64,000 nucleotides of DNA. It comes from an uncultured Acidobacteriota bacterium. Lineage in GTDB: Bacteria > Acidobacteriota > Terriglobia > UBA7540. The position numbers and the translations under genes are program-made. Within the stretch, counting starts at the first letter, position 1; every line of letters starts with the position of its first letter. Shown here one piece after another: positions 29,468 to 41,248 of the stretch. The stretch covers positions 384,001-448,000 of the forward strand of contig CAWDSK010000005.1 of the NCBI GenBank assembly GCA_963804995.1, read 5' to 3'. The notes below the pieces were generated by a model. That model searched no databases and was not told the DNA's origin. It saw only the letters and a program-made list of their open reading frames with translations.

Positions 29468-29890
29468 ATGGGAGAAAATCTTGCCATCACCCTTATCATG
29501 TGGTCACCCGCGGTTATCGTCTTGATCGTGGTCGGTTTTCGCCATCTTGGTTACAGCCAGCGCCAACGCACCATTCGCCTGGCCTTGGAAAAGGGGGTGG
29601 ATCCCTCACCTCTCTTGGCCGAAGAGGCGGCGGAGCCTCTCCAGCCGCGTAAATATCTCCTGCGCGGCCTGCTCTGGGGGTTGCCCGGCCTCGTGATTGG
29701 AGGGGGAGTCTCCTGGTCGGCCATTCGACATGGCATGCCTCCCACTCTCTCGTGGGTGGGCTGGATACCGGCAGCAATCGGCGCCGCGTACCTGATCTTC
29801 TACCGATTGGACCGGGCGCAGAGTAGTGGCACTGGAGACTCTTCGCATCCTGCCTCTTCCTTAGTCCTACCCCCCCGCGCTGTGGAGTGA
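29468..29890 (+). CDS. Small membrane protein (DUF6249-like), ECF-associated
   Basis: TM segment, RQRTIRLALEKGVDP, LLRGLLW, then two TM segments ending IGAAYLIFY; GGAGG RBS. Confidence 0.7.
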   Translation: MGENLAITLIMWSPAVIVLIVVGFRHLGYSQRQRTIRLALEKGVDPSPLLAEEAAEPLQPRKYLLRGLLWGLPGLVIGGGVSWSAIRHGMPPTLSWVGWIPAAIGAAYLIFYRLDRAQSSGTGDSSHPASSLVLPPRAVE

Positions 29891-30102
29891 TTGCAGGCAT
29901 GGGCTGATTACGTTTCTTTTGGATTGGCAGGTAGGCGCAGCGCGAGCCCAGTCCTGCGATTCACGTCTCTCACCCCGCCCGCCGGTATTCCTATTACGCC
30001 GGTCTACAGAACAAGCTGCCGATTCTGTTATCGGAACGATTCGCCCGGCATGACGATGGCCCAGTAGTTCCTGGAACAATCGCGGGTGCCCCCACCGGCC
30101 GT

Positions 30103-30168
30103 TGTAGCGCGGGTGTCCCCACCCGCGTATTCTTAAGAATAATCGCGGGTGGGGACACCCACGCTACA
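30103..30168. repeat. GTAG-type REP pair
   Basis: TGTAGCGCGGGTGTCCCCACCCGCG...CGCGGGTGGGGACACCCACGCTACA inverted pair. Confidence 0.75.
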
Positions 30169-30298
30169 GGAGATAAATCGCAGAGTGGCGCTTGCTCCGC
30201 GCCAGCCTGCCCGATATCGGACTCGCGTCGGAGAAGGCTACGAATTTTCGCGTAGCGCTCATGAACCGATAGCACAATCCCCAACCGACCCCCCGCCG

Positions 30299-30596
30299 TG
30301 ACGCACTCCCCCGCTTCGGTTATCGGTGGGTTGGTACCCGAACCTGAGCCCAAAAACCGACTGTCGTCTTGGCAGTCATCCGATCACTGGATCGGATGAT
30401 GCAAAAATTGACCGCCCCCACGCCGACCCGAGCCAGCCGTGACACACTACCCCATATCGGTAATCGGTGGGTTTGTACTCTAACATGAGCCTAAGAACGG
30501 GCCCCGTTTTGGTAGAGGTCCGATTACCCGATTACTTGCCCCCCTGACATACTTCCCCATATCGATTATCGGTAGGGTGACATTAGAGTATGAGCC
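30299..30596. repeat. Three degenerate, gap-free 52-bp direct repeats
   Basis: Units start at 30299, 30440 and 30545; consensus TGACRYACTNCCCCNNNTCGRTWATCGGTRGG-N14-TGAGCC. Confidence 0.85.
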
Positions 30597-30815
30597 CGAA
30601 ATTCGACTGCGGGTTCCACCGTCATCCAATCCCCTGACGATCCAATGAATCGATGACTCGATGAACCGATGGTCCGATCTCCCGATCACCCGATCTCCCC
30701 ATTCACCTCAGCCGGTCGCAACAAACCCTTTGACGGAGTTGAGAACACCTTGTATTCTTGCCACACGTTCTGGGTGCTTGATTCCCAGCGAGACCAAACT
30801 CTGTGGTGACAACCC

Positions 30816-31856
30816 ATGCTGAAACGTACAAGTGCCATGCTGTGCTTTCTTGCGTTGCTCCTTCCTCTCCAAATTGGGAGGGCCGCCGATGATCTGTACG
30901 GCGAGAAAGGTATTACTCCTGAAGTCGTGCGCCAGGGGAGGCTCGGAAGTTGTTATTTTCATGCCGTCGTCGCCGCGCTGGCACAGTACCGGCAGGACGA
31001 GATTCGTAAGATGATCCAATCGAATGGCGACGGCAGTTATACGGTGACCTTCGGCGACACCAAGAAGGAAACCGCCTACCCGGAGGACCTCAAGTACACA
31101 CACAACGTCGGGTACGACCTTTCGCAAGGACAGTGGGTGGCGGTGCTGTTCCGGGCTTATGCGCAGCGAGTCCTTCGTCAGGCGTTGCTGCAGGCCGTCG
31201 ATACCAGCGATATCTTCCCGCTCATCAAGAAGCCCGCTGAGGAACTTGTGGCCTCCAACGACCAGTTGGTGCTGGCCTATGATCGCGCTATCCGCGCGGA
31301 AGTGGATCAATACGGTAACGTCGATCGCACCAAGCTGGAGGCGCGGCTGAAGACCCAGATGGCCCCCATCAGCGTGCCGGATTCGGTGAAAGACACGCTG
31401 ATTTCGATGCTCGAGTCGGGCGGCCTCTTCGACAAGATGGTGGAGATGATCAAGCAGAACGGTGAACTCTTCGGCGCCTATCGGGCCGTGGGTCAGGGGG
31501 GGATGGCCGACCGAGTCATGAGGACGCTGGGCGGTAGTTCGCGCTTTCAGGAAAATGAGTCGGAGAGCCAGGCCGCCACTTCATTGGCCGAGGCCGTCGG
31601 GAAACGCCTTCCCATTGTGGCCTGCACCGGGGGAAGCCGTTTCTACCAGCAGCTTGCTAAGGGGGGAGCTTTGCCTTCTGATACTGACGCTTGGTATGTC
31701 AATGCGCATTGCTACACGGTGCTCGGTTATGATTCCAACACCTCTACCGTCAACCTGCGTAATCCCTGGGCGCGTCATCCCGATCCTGATGGAATCCTCA
31801 ATTTGCCGGTCCAAACTTTCTTCCCGGCTTATGCCGGGATCGTAACCCCGGAATAG
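30816..31856 (+). CDS. Secreted calpain-like (C2) cysteine protease
   Basis: QGRLGSCYFHAVVAALA (Gln/Cys), NAHCYTVLG (His), LRNPW (Asn); signal peptide. Confidence 0.85.
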   Translation: MLKRTSAMLCFLALLLPLQIGRAADDLYGEKGITPEVVRQGRLGSCYFHAVVAALAQYRQDEIRKMIQSNGDGSYTVTFGDTKKETAYPEDLKYTHNVGYDLSQGQWVAVLFRAYAQRVLRQALLQAVDTSDIFPLIKKPAEELVASNDQLVLAYDRAIRAEVDQYGNVDRTKLEARLKTQMAPISVPDSVKDTLISMLESGGLFDKMVEMIKQNGELFGAYRAVGQGGMADRVMRTLGGSSRFQENESESQAATSLAEAVGKRLPIVACTGGSRFYQQLAKGGALPSDTDAWYVNAHCYTVLGYDSNTSTVNLRNPWARHPDPDGILNLPVQTFFPAYAGIVTPE

Positions 31857-32056
31857 GCCGCACCGAAGCCTGCCATTTCTTCTGACCCGCAGAGTTCCGC
31901 CGAGGTGCATCCCCAGGCCGCGCCGAAACTTGCCACTTTCTTTGATCAGCAAAGTTCCGCCGAGGCGCCCTGCCAGGTCGAGTCTATTCCGGACACGCAG
32001 GCGCCACGGTGGCTACTGCAAAACCGCTAGGTTTGCCTACATCCTGCGCGAGCCTA

Positions 32057-33061
32057 AAGCATTTCCATAAATAATGTAGCTTTCAAAATGCGGATGCTTG
32101 TGGCAGAGTGGGGGCATGCGAGCCATACCTGTACCCATCCGCAAGCGCATTCTGGAACTTTACGAGCGGGGCAAGAGCACGCGGGAGATCGCGCAGTTTT
32201 CCGGCTTCTGTGTGGCGGCGGTGCGCCGCGTGCGCCAGCAGTTTCGGGAGCGCGGCACACTGGAGCCCCAGACGCATCGGTGTGGGCGCAAGACCCTGCT
32301 CACGGAAGAGCGGAAACAGCGGCTGCGCGAACTCTTAGCGGCGCAGTCCGATGCCACCCTGGCGGAGTTGGGCGCCCGCCTGGATCGCCCTTTCCGCACC
32401 TCCACGATCGATCTCTGGTTGCGGCTCCTAGGCTGGAAGTTTAAAAAAAACTCTGGCCGCCGCCGAACGCGACCGACCCGACGTGGCCGCAAGAAGGACC
32501 GGCTGGCCTGAGCAGTGGGCCGCCCAATCGGTGGCGGCGCTGGTGTTTGTGGACGAAAGCGGAGCCAACACCCAGATGACGCGCCTGCGGGGCCGTGCCT
32601 TGGGCGGCCAAAGACTGCTGGCGCGCGTTCCGCACGGGCACTATCAGACCAGCTCGTTGATTTCGGGCGTCCGCCTGGAGGGTCCCTGCGCCCCGTGGTT
32701 GTTTGATGGCCCGAGGAACGGCGAGATGTTTTTGGCCTGGGTCCGGCAAGGATTGACCCCCACGCTACGGCCCGGCGACGTGGTGATCCTGGACAACCTG
32801 AGCACGCATAAGATCCGGGGGGTGCGCGAGGCCATCGAAGCCGCCCGCGCGCGCCTGCTCTATCTGCCGCCTTATTCGCCGGACTTCAACCCCATCGAGC
32901 CGATGTGGAGCAAGATCAAACAGATCCTGCGTAGCCACGCTCCGCGCAGCGAAGACGAACTGCTGCGGGCGGCCCAGAGCGCCTTTAACTCGATATCCAC
33001 CGCCGATTGCAAGGGCTTCTTTTTTAGCGCCCGATGCGCTACATAATAAATGGAAATGCTC
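32057..33061 (+). mobile_element. IS630-family insertion sequence
   Basis: IRs AAGCATTTCCATAAATAATGTAGC / GCTACATAATAAATGGAAATGCTC; TA duplication at 32055-32056 and 33062-33063. Confidence 0.92.
32116..33046 (+). CDS. IS630 transposase (HTH orfA + DDE orfB, frame change at the A8 run 32443-32450)
   Basis: DATLAEL; FVDESG, ILDNLSTH, LPPYSPDFNPIE. Confidence 0.9.
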
Positions 33062-33312
33062 TAAGTGTGGAAGCGTGAAGCGCCAGGGTAATAGCCAGTC
33101 GAACGGACAATAGCGCCACCTTCGGCTAACTGGTGAAACAATCTATACGGAGGTGCAAAGCGCATGGGGAGAGAACAGACGGACACAAAGTCAATGACCA
33201 GGGGTAACCTCTGGGTGCGGTAATCTCCCCCTTCGCAAGCATAACCCCGGTAAATCAACCCTTGTAAAGGGAAAAGCCCGTTGCTGTGAATGCCTGCAAA
33301 ACCTGGATGGCC

Positions 33313-33783
33313 TCAATGCGTCGTGGCGTGGGTGCTGGGCTCAGGCGCGCTGGAAAACAGACCTTCTTCGGCGTGATGGTTGGTGGGCTTCCCCACGGCG
33401 CGACGAGTGATGACATTGTCCACAGCGCTGCGGACCACGTAGGCGAGGTCGGTGGCCGTGAAGGGTGGCGCGATGAAGTCAAACGCCCCGGCTTCGATGG
33501 CCTCCACGTAAAAGCGGGTGTCCACGACCCGCGAGACGACTATCACGTTGACGTGCCGCGCGGCCTTTTCTGCTACGGCCAGTAAATCAGCCCAGGTACC
33601 ATCAGGCATTTGGGTGTCGGTAAAGACGAGGGGAGCGGGATTCAGCCCGCCCAGCATACGCCTTGCCTGCGCGCAGGATTCGGCTTGGGTCACGCGGAGT
33701 CCCTGGTGCTCTAGGGCAGCCTTCAGCAAGCGGAGGGTGTCAGAGTTTTGGTGGACGAGTAACGCGGAAGTGCTTTCCTTCAT
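33313..33783 (-). CDS. Single-domain response regulator receiver (atypical)
   Basis: LVFTDTQMPDG, VIVVS, AIEAGAFDFIAPP; paralogue of 1324-1827. Confidence 0.85.
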   Translation of the reverse strand: MKESTSALLVHQNSDTLRLLKAALEHQGLRVTQAESCAQARRMLGGLNPAPLVFTDTQMPDGTWADLLAVAEKAARHVNVIVVSRVVDTRFYVEAIEAGAFDFIAPPFTATDLAYVVRSAVDNVITRRAVGKPTNHHAEEGLFSSAPEPSTHATTH

Positions 33784-34259
33784 AAGTGCTTCCTCATGTA
33801 TGAACCGGCCTCGATTCGTTCAGATTTGACGATTCGTTGTTTCCGGATGACGCAACGGCCTTGTCCGATCAGCGCGAGCTCGACCCTGCGCCCGGTCCGG
33901 AAACCAACCTCCGTCTCCATCGCGGCATTCTCCCCTTGCCATAAACCCTGGCGAGCCCAGGCGTCAACATCTCGCTGCCTGGTTCCTCCACTTCCATCCC
34001 GAATTCAGATGGTTTCCAAAACGACTCTCCCGCCTTACATTCGGGGTCGAACAGTGGCTATCAATCCTCGACCTGATCGACGCCGAAATCGCACCACCCA
34101 TCGCATTGAAAATCGACAAGATGGTTTTGATCAAGCGCTAGCCTCGGGAACCCGTGTGTGTACAAGTTCGGGCCCAGGGCTCAAGCAGCCTCCACTTCAA
34201 CGTTCTCCCGGGAGGTTCTCAATTCTCTCGGCGTTCTCTGCCGAGAGACCTGCCCGAAA

Positions 34260-34472
34260 CTATCGCAGGGTCACCTTAAAGCTCTTTTTCTCCTGGGAGA
34301 TATCAACCTTCTCTTCCCGAGCCAGCCAGCCCAGAGCGAACACCACGAGCTCACCCGAGCCATTGAGCTTCTTCTTGATTTGGGCCAGTGTCTGTGGTCC
34401 GTTGTCGTTCAAAAAATGCCAAATCTTTCCAGCCGCTTCACCTACTTGACCGTTGATTTCCACTTCCACCAT
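34260..34472 (-). CDS. Small winged-helix protein (DUF2582-like)
   Basis: VGEAAGKIWHFL...ALGWLAREEKV; AGGAGG RBS. Confidence 0.85.
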   Translation of the reverse strand: MVEVEINGQVGEAAGKIWHFLNDNGPQTLAQIKKKLNGSGELVVFALGWLAREEKVDISQEKKSFKVTLR

Positions 34473-34704
34473 TCCTCCTGTGTATATTCGGCAATTGAGG
34501 CCGTTAACTTTAGATTTTCTTTCACAGCGCTCTTTCGGACACACCTAACCCACTAACTGAGGAGAAATTCCTCAGCTGTGAGGTTTGACATAGTCCCTGA
34601 CGGGGATCACCGGCTTACGGTGAGGTCAGCTTGGGGTACGCTCCAGTTCGTGAGAACTTATGCCGGTGATGCTAAAATCGTACACAATCAATCCGTAAGA
34701 ATCT

Positions 34705-34733
34705 AGTGTAATAAACAATTGCCACTTTGACAA
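34705..34733 (-). promoter_or_regulatory. Sigma70-type promoter for the winged-helix gene
   Basis: Minus strand TTGTCA-N17-TACACT. Confidence 0.6.
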
Positions 34734-34823
34734 ACAAAAAATAGTTATAGTTCAGATAAGGTGCAATGAATTCATGTGAGTGGTGCGACGTGAAGTCGGC
34801 ATGTCGTATATCTAACCGCCACT

Positions 34824-34945
34824 CAACTCCCGGATGACGGGCGACTCGGAAGTTGTTATGGACAGCGTCGTGAGGACGATCCTCCATGATGCCGAGGGGC
34901 ATCGGTCCTGCGTGACGCCACAGGGTTTACCGACCGCCTGGGTAA
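34824..34945 (+). ncRNA. Candidate structured RNA resembling a ZMP/ZTP (pfl) riboswitch
   Basis: ATGACGGGCG in a hairpin loop (34834-34843) and TTACCGACCGCCTGGGTAA (34927-34945) with loop-loop complementarity; no P2 stem. Confidence 0.3.
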
Positions 34946-35097
34946 TCATCCCAACTGACCCCTTCCGATTTTTCTTGCCGGTTGACCATCATCTAACGTT
35001 TCACTTTTAGGGGACAGTTCCGGTATGCTATTGCCCTTGGGGAAGTTCGCACCCTTTGCCAGAGAAGTTAAGTCAGCGACTCGTGCTTGCCGGAGGG

Positions 35098-36279
35098 ATG
35101 ATGATTCGCAGGGTGATTTTCATGTTCGCGCTTATCTCCCTCGGAGGGGTTGGAGCCCGGGCGCAGCAGGCCACTACCGGGGCGTGGCAGTTTGCGGTTT
35201 CGGGCGATTCGCGCAACTGCGGTGACGTAGTGATGCCGGCCATCGCGCAAAGCGCGCTCGCGCACGGTGTGAAATTTTACTGGCACCTCGGTGATTTCCG
35301 GGCCATGTCCGCACCCGATGAGGACATGCAGGCGCTCTATGGCAAGGGCTTGGGCATGGACGAATACAAGCTCATGGCCTGGGGCGATTTCGTGTCGAAC
35401 CAGGTTGCCCCCTTCGGCCTGCTCCCCGTCTACCTCGGCATCGGCAATCACGAACTCATCAAGGTCGGTGACAAGACCAAGACCCCGGCGGAAAGAGAGG
35501 CCCAAAGCCGCACGGATTTTCGCGCGCAGTTTGCCTATTGGCTCAACCGGCCGGAGATTTTCAGGGACCGCCCGAGCGATATGACTGAGACAGCCACCCC
35601 CTACTTCCACTGGAAAACCCAACAAGTGGAGTTCATCTTCCTCAACAACGCCAGCGCTGATGGGTTTGGAGACGCGCAGATGAAATGGTTGGAAGACGTG
35701 CTGGCGCGCGACAAAGCCGATCCCGGCATTAAAACCCTCGTGGTGGGAATGCACCGCGCGCTGCCCAACAGCCTGGGCTGCGCTCACAGCATGAATGGTG
35801 ACCCCGTCGCTCCCAACGCCGCCAATCGCCAGAGCCGGGAGGAGGCCAACCGATTGAGCCTGGAGAGCGGCCGCCAAGCGTATGGTGATATCGCCCGCTG
35901 GGGGCAGGAAACGGGCCGGCCTGTGTACGTCCTAGCCAGCCACTCGCATTTTTATATGGCGGATATTTTTCAGACCGACTATTGGAAAAACCGGCACGAG
36001 GTCTTAAGAGGCTGGATTGTGGGCACCGCAGGCGCCAAGCGCAACGCCTTGCCACCGGATTTGCCGCCCGCTGCCGTCGCCAAGGCTTTCATCTATGGCT
36101 ATCTGCTGGCCACGGTCCAGCCGGACGGGAAGATCACGTTTGAGTTTAAGGAAATCACGGAGAAGGATATTCCTCAACCTGTGCTGGCCCGCTACGGAAA
36201 AGATTTCGTCGACCAATGCTTCGTCGAGAATCGTGACCCGACGCCCCACGTACCCGTGGAGTCCTGCCAGGATAAGTGA
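35098..36279 (+). CDS. Secreted calcineurin-like metallophosphoesterase
   Basis: SGDSRN, HLGDF, GNHE, GMH, SHSHFY, IVGTAGA; signal peptide. Confidence 0.85.
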   Translation: MMIRRVIFMFALISLGGVGARAQQATTGAWQFAVSGDSRNCGDVVMPAIAQSALAHGVKFYWHLGDFRAMSAPDEDMQALYGKGLGMDEYKLMAWGDFVSNQVAPFGLLPVYLGIGNHELIKVGDKTKTPAEREAQSRTDFRAQFAYWLNRPEIFRDRPSDMTETATPYFHWKTQQVEFIFLNNASADGFGDAQMKWLEDVLARDKADPGIKTLVVGMHRALPNSLGCAHSMNGDPVAPNAANRQSREEANRLSLESGRQAYGDIARWGQETGRPVYVLASHSHFYMADIFQTDYWKNRHEVLRGWIVGTAGAKRNALPPDLPPAAVAKAFIYGYLLATVQPDGKITFEFKEITEKDIPQPVLARYGKDFVDQCFVENRDPTPHVPVESCQDK

Positions 36280-36351
36280 CCCCCAGCCGCACCGATTCAA
36301 GCCGGGAGTTTTTGGCACTGCCCTTATCAGGAAGACCACTTCATGTTTTCA

Positions 36352-36458
36352 GCACCACCCCGTCGCTCGGGGCGCCACCCCTCCTCATCTGAGGAGGGGA
36401 GTTTTTAAAGCGGAACTCCCTTCCTGATTTCCGTGGCACCGAAGGCGCCGGGGTGGTT
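36352..36458. repeat. Palindromic intergenic repeat
   Basis: ACCACCCC...CCCCTCCTCATCTGAGGAGGGG...GGGGTGGT nested IRs between convergent genes. Confidence 0.6.
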
Positions 36459-36529
36459 ACTGTGGCGACGGGGTGGTAGCGCGCACTGAGGCGGCCTGTC
36501 AGGTCTGTCATGGTGCGGTCAACAACTGT

Positions 36530-36570
36530 TTTCTGCCTTCTGCTTTCTGCCTTCTGCCTACTGCTCTACT
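36530..36570. repeat. Heptamer tandem repeat (CTGCCTT)n; other hepta/octamer arrays at about 30635-30700, 41202-41233, 46080-46107, 50635-50675, 51715-51797, 54448-54480 and 63952-63978
   Basis: 7- and 8-nt periodicities read directly from the sequence. Confidence 0.8.
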
Positions 36571-36587
36571 CCCCACCCTCCGCAGAC

Positions 36588-39230
<2,643 letters not shown>

Positions 39231-39589
39231 GGGCAACCTTCTTTAAGCATCGCGAAACCAGGCACAGCCCGGCGACGCGTGCTCAGTGAGTACTTGCTGA
39301 AACCCTGAGAACTATTAATCTTCAACGTTCCGCGCAGGGTTGTCAATTCGTGCTATCCCCGCCGCCACCATGCACCTCTGACTGTTCGCGACTTGTGGAT
39401 TCACGGGTGGCGCATACATTGTTCTTTATGTGTGCGTCCCTCGGCGTTCTTCACGTTTGACCCTCCCGCGGTAGAGTGCTACAAACTAGGTGTGCGAGGT
39501 GGAGGAGCGCTCTGCCCCCTACCGAGAGTAGAATATCGAAGCGGCCTGAGATTCTGAAAGTGGGGAATTTTCCTGCGAGGAGGTAACGT

Positions 39590-40564
39590 ATGAAGCGACG
39601 AGATTTTCTAAGGAAAGGGACTGCGGCGGCGGCCGGATTGGCAGCGTCAAAGAAAATGTTTGATCCCCGGGCGACGGCGGGCACGACTGCCAACTCTGCG
39701 CCTATTCCCAAACGCCGATTGGGGAAGACCGGCGCCGAGCTTTCCATCATCGCCATGGGCGGAATCGTCGTGATGGATACGGAGCAGTCCTTCGCCAATA
39801 ACCTTGTGGCGGAAGCCTTCGACCGCGGCATCAATTACTATGACGTGGCGCCTGAATATGGCAATGCGCAAGAGAAGCTGGGACCGGCGCTGGAACCCTA
39901 TCGAAAGCGCTCCTTCCTCGCCTGCAAGACGCTGATGCGCGATAAAGAGGGCGCGGCCAAGGATCTGGAAGACTCACTGCGCAAACTACGCACCGATCAC
40001 GTCGACCTCTACCAGTTCCACGCCGTGACCACGAAAGAGGATGTCGAAAAAATCTTCGGCCCCAGCGGCGCCATGGAAACCTTCCAGGCGGAGCGGCAGG
40101 CCGGCAAGGTGCGCTTCATCGGTTTTTCGGCGCACTCCGTTGAGAACGCGCTCGCCATGCTCGATCACTACAATTTTGACACCATCCTCTTCCCCATCAA
40201 CTTCGTCCTCTTCTCACAAGCCAACTTTGGACCGCAGGTGGTGGCGCGCGCGCACGAGAAAGGCATGGGCATCCTGGCATTGAAGTCCATGGCAAAGACC
40301 ACCTGGCCTGCCACCCAGAAGAAGGGGCATCCTCATTCCAAGTGCTGGTATCAGCCGGCCGCGCTGCCGGATGAAGCCTCATTGGGATTGCGCTGGACGT
40401 TGTCGCGCCCCATCACGGCGGCGGTGCCTCCCGGCGATGAACAGTACTTCCGCCTGGCGATGGACGTCGCGCAGAAGTTCGAGCCCATCAAGCCGGAAGA
40501 AGAGAAAACGCTTCTCGCAGGCGCTAGGGGCGTCGAACCGCTCTTCCACTTGGCGAAGGCATGA
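39590..40564 (+). CDS. Aldo/keto reductase with Tat signal
   Basis: MKRRDFL; RRLGKTG, GINYYDVAPEYG, LACK, DLYQFH, GKVRFIGFSAH. Confidence 0.9.
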   Translation: MKRRDFLRKGTAAAAGLAASKKMFDPRATAGTTANSAPIPKRRLGKTGAELSIIAMGGIVVMDTEQSFANNLVAEAFDRGINYYDVAPEYGNAQEKLGPALEPYRKRSFLACKTLMRDKEGAAKDLEDSLRKLRTDHVDLYQFHAVTTKEDVEKIFGPSGAMETFQAERQAGKVRFIGFSAHSVENALAMLDHYNFDTILFPINFVLFSQANFGPQVVARAHEKGMGILALKSMAKTTWPATQKKGHPHSKCWYQPAALPDEASLGLRWTLSRPITAAVPPGDEQYFRLAMDVAQKFEPIKPEEEKTLLAGARGVEPLFHLAKA

Positions 40565-40650
40565 GGTAGCAGGTATCGTGGGGAACCCCTCGGGGCGCTA
40601 AGAGTGCATGAGCTTGCAGCAGGCCCTCTTTCCTTCCTATACTGAGAGAC

Positions 40651-40935
40651 GTGAATGTCCGGTTCTACATCGATTCTGCCACAGGCCAGCCGCACATTCT
40701 TAAGCACGGTGTGGAAGAGGAAGAGGTCGAGCAGGTTCTGGCTGATCGGGGGGAGGATCGCCCGGGGCGAGAGGGCTCCCGCATAGCGATTGGCCAGACG
40801 GCGGAGGGCCGGTACCTGAAAGTTGTTTACGTCCGCGACCCGAGGCCAGACACTGTTTTCGTGATTACCGCGTACGAGTTGCAAGGCAAACCTCTTTTTG
40901 CATATCGCAGGCGGCTGAGGAGAAGATATCAATGA
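40651..40935 (+). CDS. Putative type II toxin (BrnT/DUF4258-like)
   Basis: HILKHGVEEEEVEQV...IGQTAEGRYLKVVY...FVITAY; ATGA overlap with the downstream small gene. Confidence 0.7.
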   Translation: MNVRFYIDSATGQPHILKHGVEEEEVEQVLADRGEDRPGREGSRIAIGQTAEGRYLKVVYVRDPRPDTVFVITAYELQGKPLFAYRRRLRRRYQ

Positions 40936-41153
40936 AACGAAATCGCTTTCCCGCCGGCTGGGATGAGGAGCGGGTTCGCAGCGTTCTAACGCATTACGAA
41001 AAGCAGTCTGAGGATGAGGCGGTCGCAGAAGACGAGGCCGCATTCCGGCTACGGGGTCAGACTGTAGTCGTCGTCCCCAAACGCCTCGTCCCCGAAGTGA
41101 CTCGGCTAATCGAGATGCGGCGAACCCGTAGCAGCAGGACGTTGGGTCGTTAG
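40932..41153 (+). CDS. Putative antitoxin
   Basis: FPAGWDEERVRSVLTHYEKQSEDEAVAEDEAA...VPKRLVPEV; coupled to the upstream gene. Confidence 0.65.
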   Translation: MKRNRFPAGWDEERVRSVLTHYEKQSEDEAVAEDEAAFRLRGQTVVVVPKRLVPEVTRLIEMRRTRSSRTLGR

Positions 41154-41248
41154 TGTGAACCATCACACCTTAGTTATCTTGCTGAGAGTTCCAGTGACTC
41201 TAATCCAAAATCCAAAATCTAAAATCCAAAATCAACAACGAGGCCGCA

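Noticed and set aside
30299..30596. CRISPR array interpretation of the triple repeat
   Set aside because: Units are degenerate, spacing is uneven (141 and 105 bp) and there are no cas genes
33796..34449. 217-aa plus-strand ORF
   Set aside because: No motifs, and it overlaps the convincing minus-strand winged-helix gene
34485..34592. c-di-GMP-I (GEMM) riboswitch suggested by minus-strand GTCAAAC…GAAA…TTGCCGAA
   Set aside because: The GGCAAA…GACGCAAA core and P1/P2 geometry are absent; kept only as an unassigned structured leader
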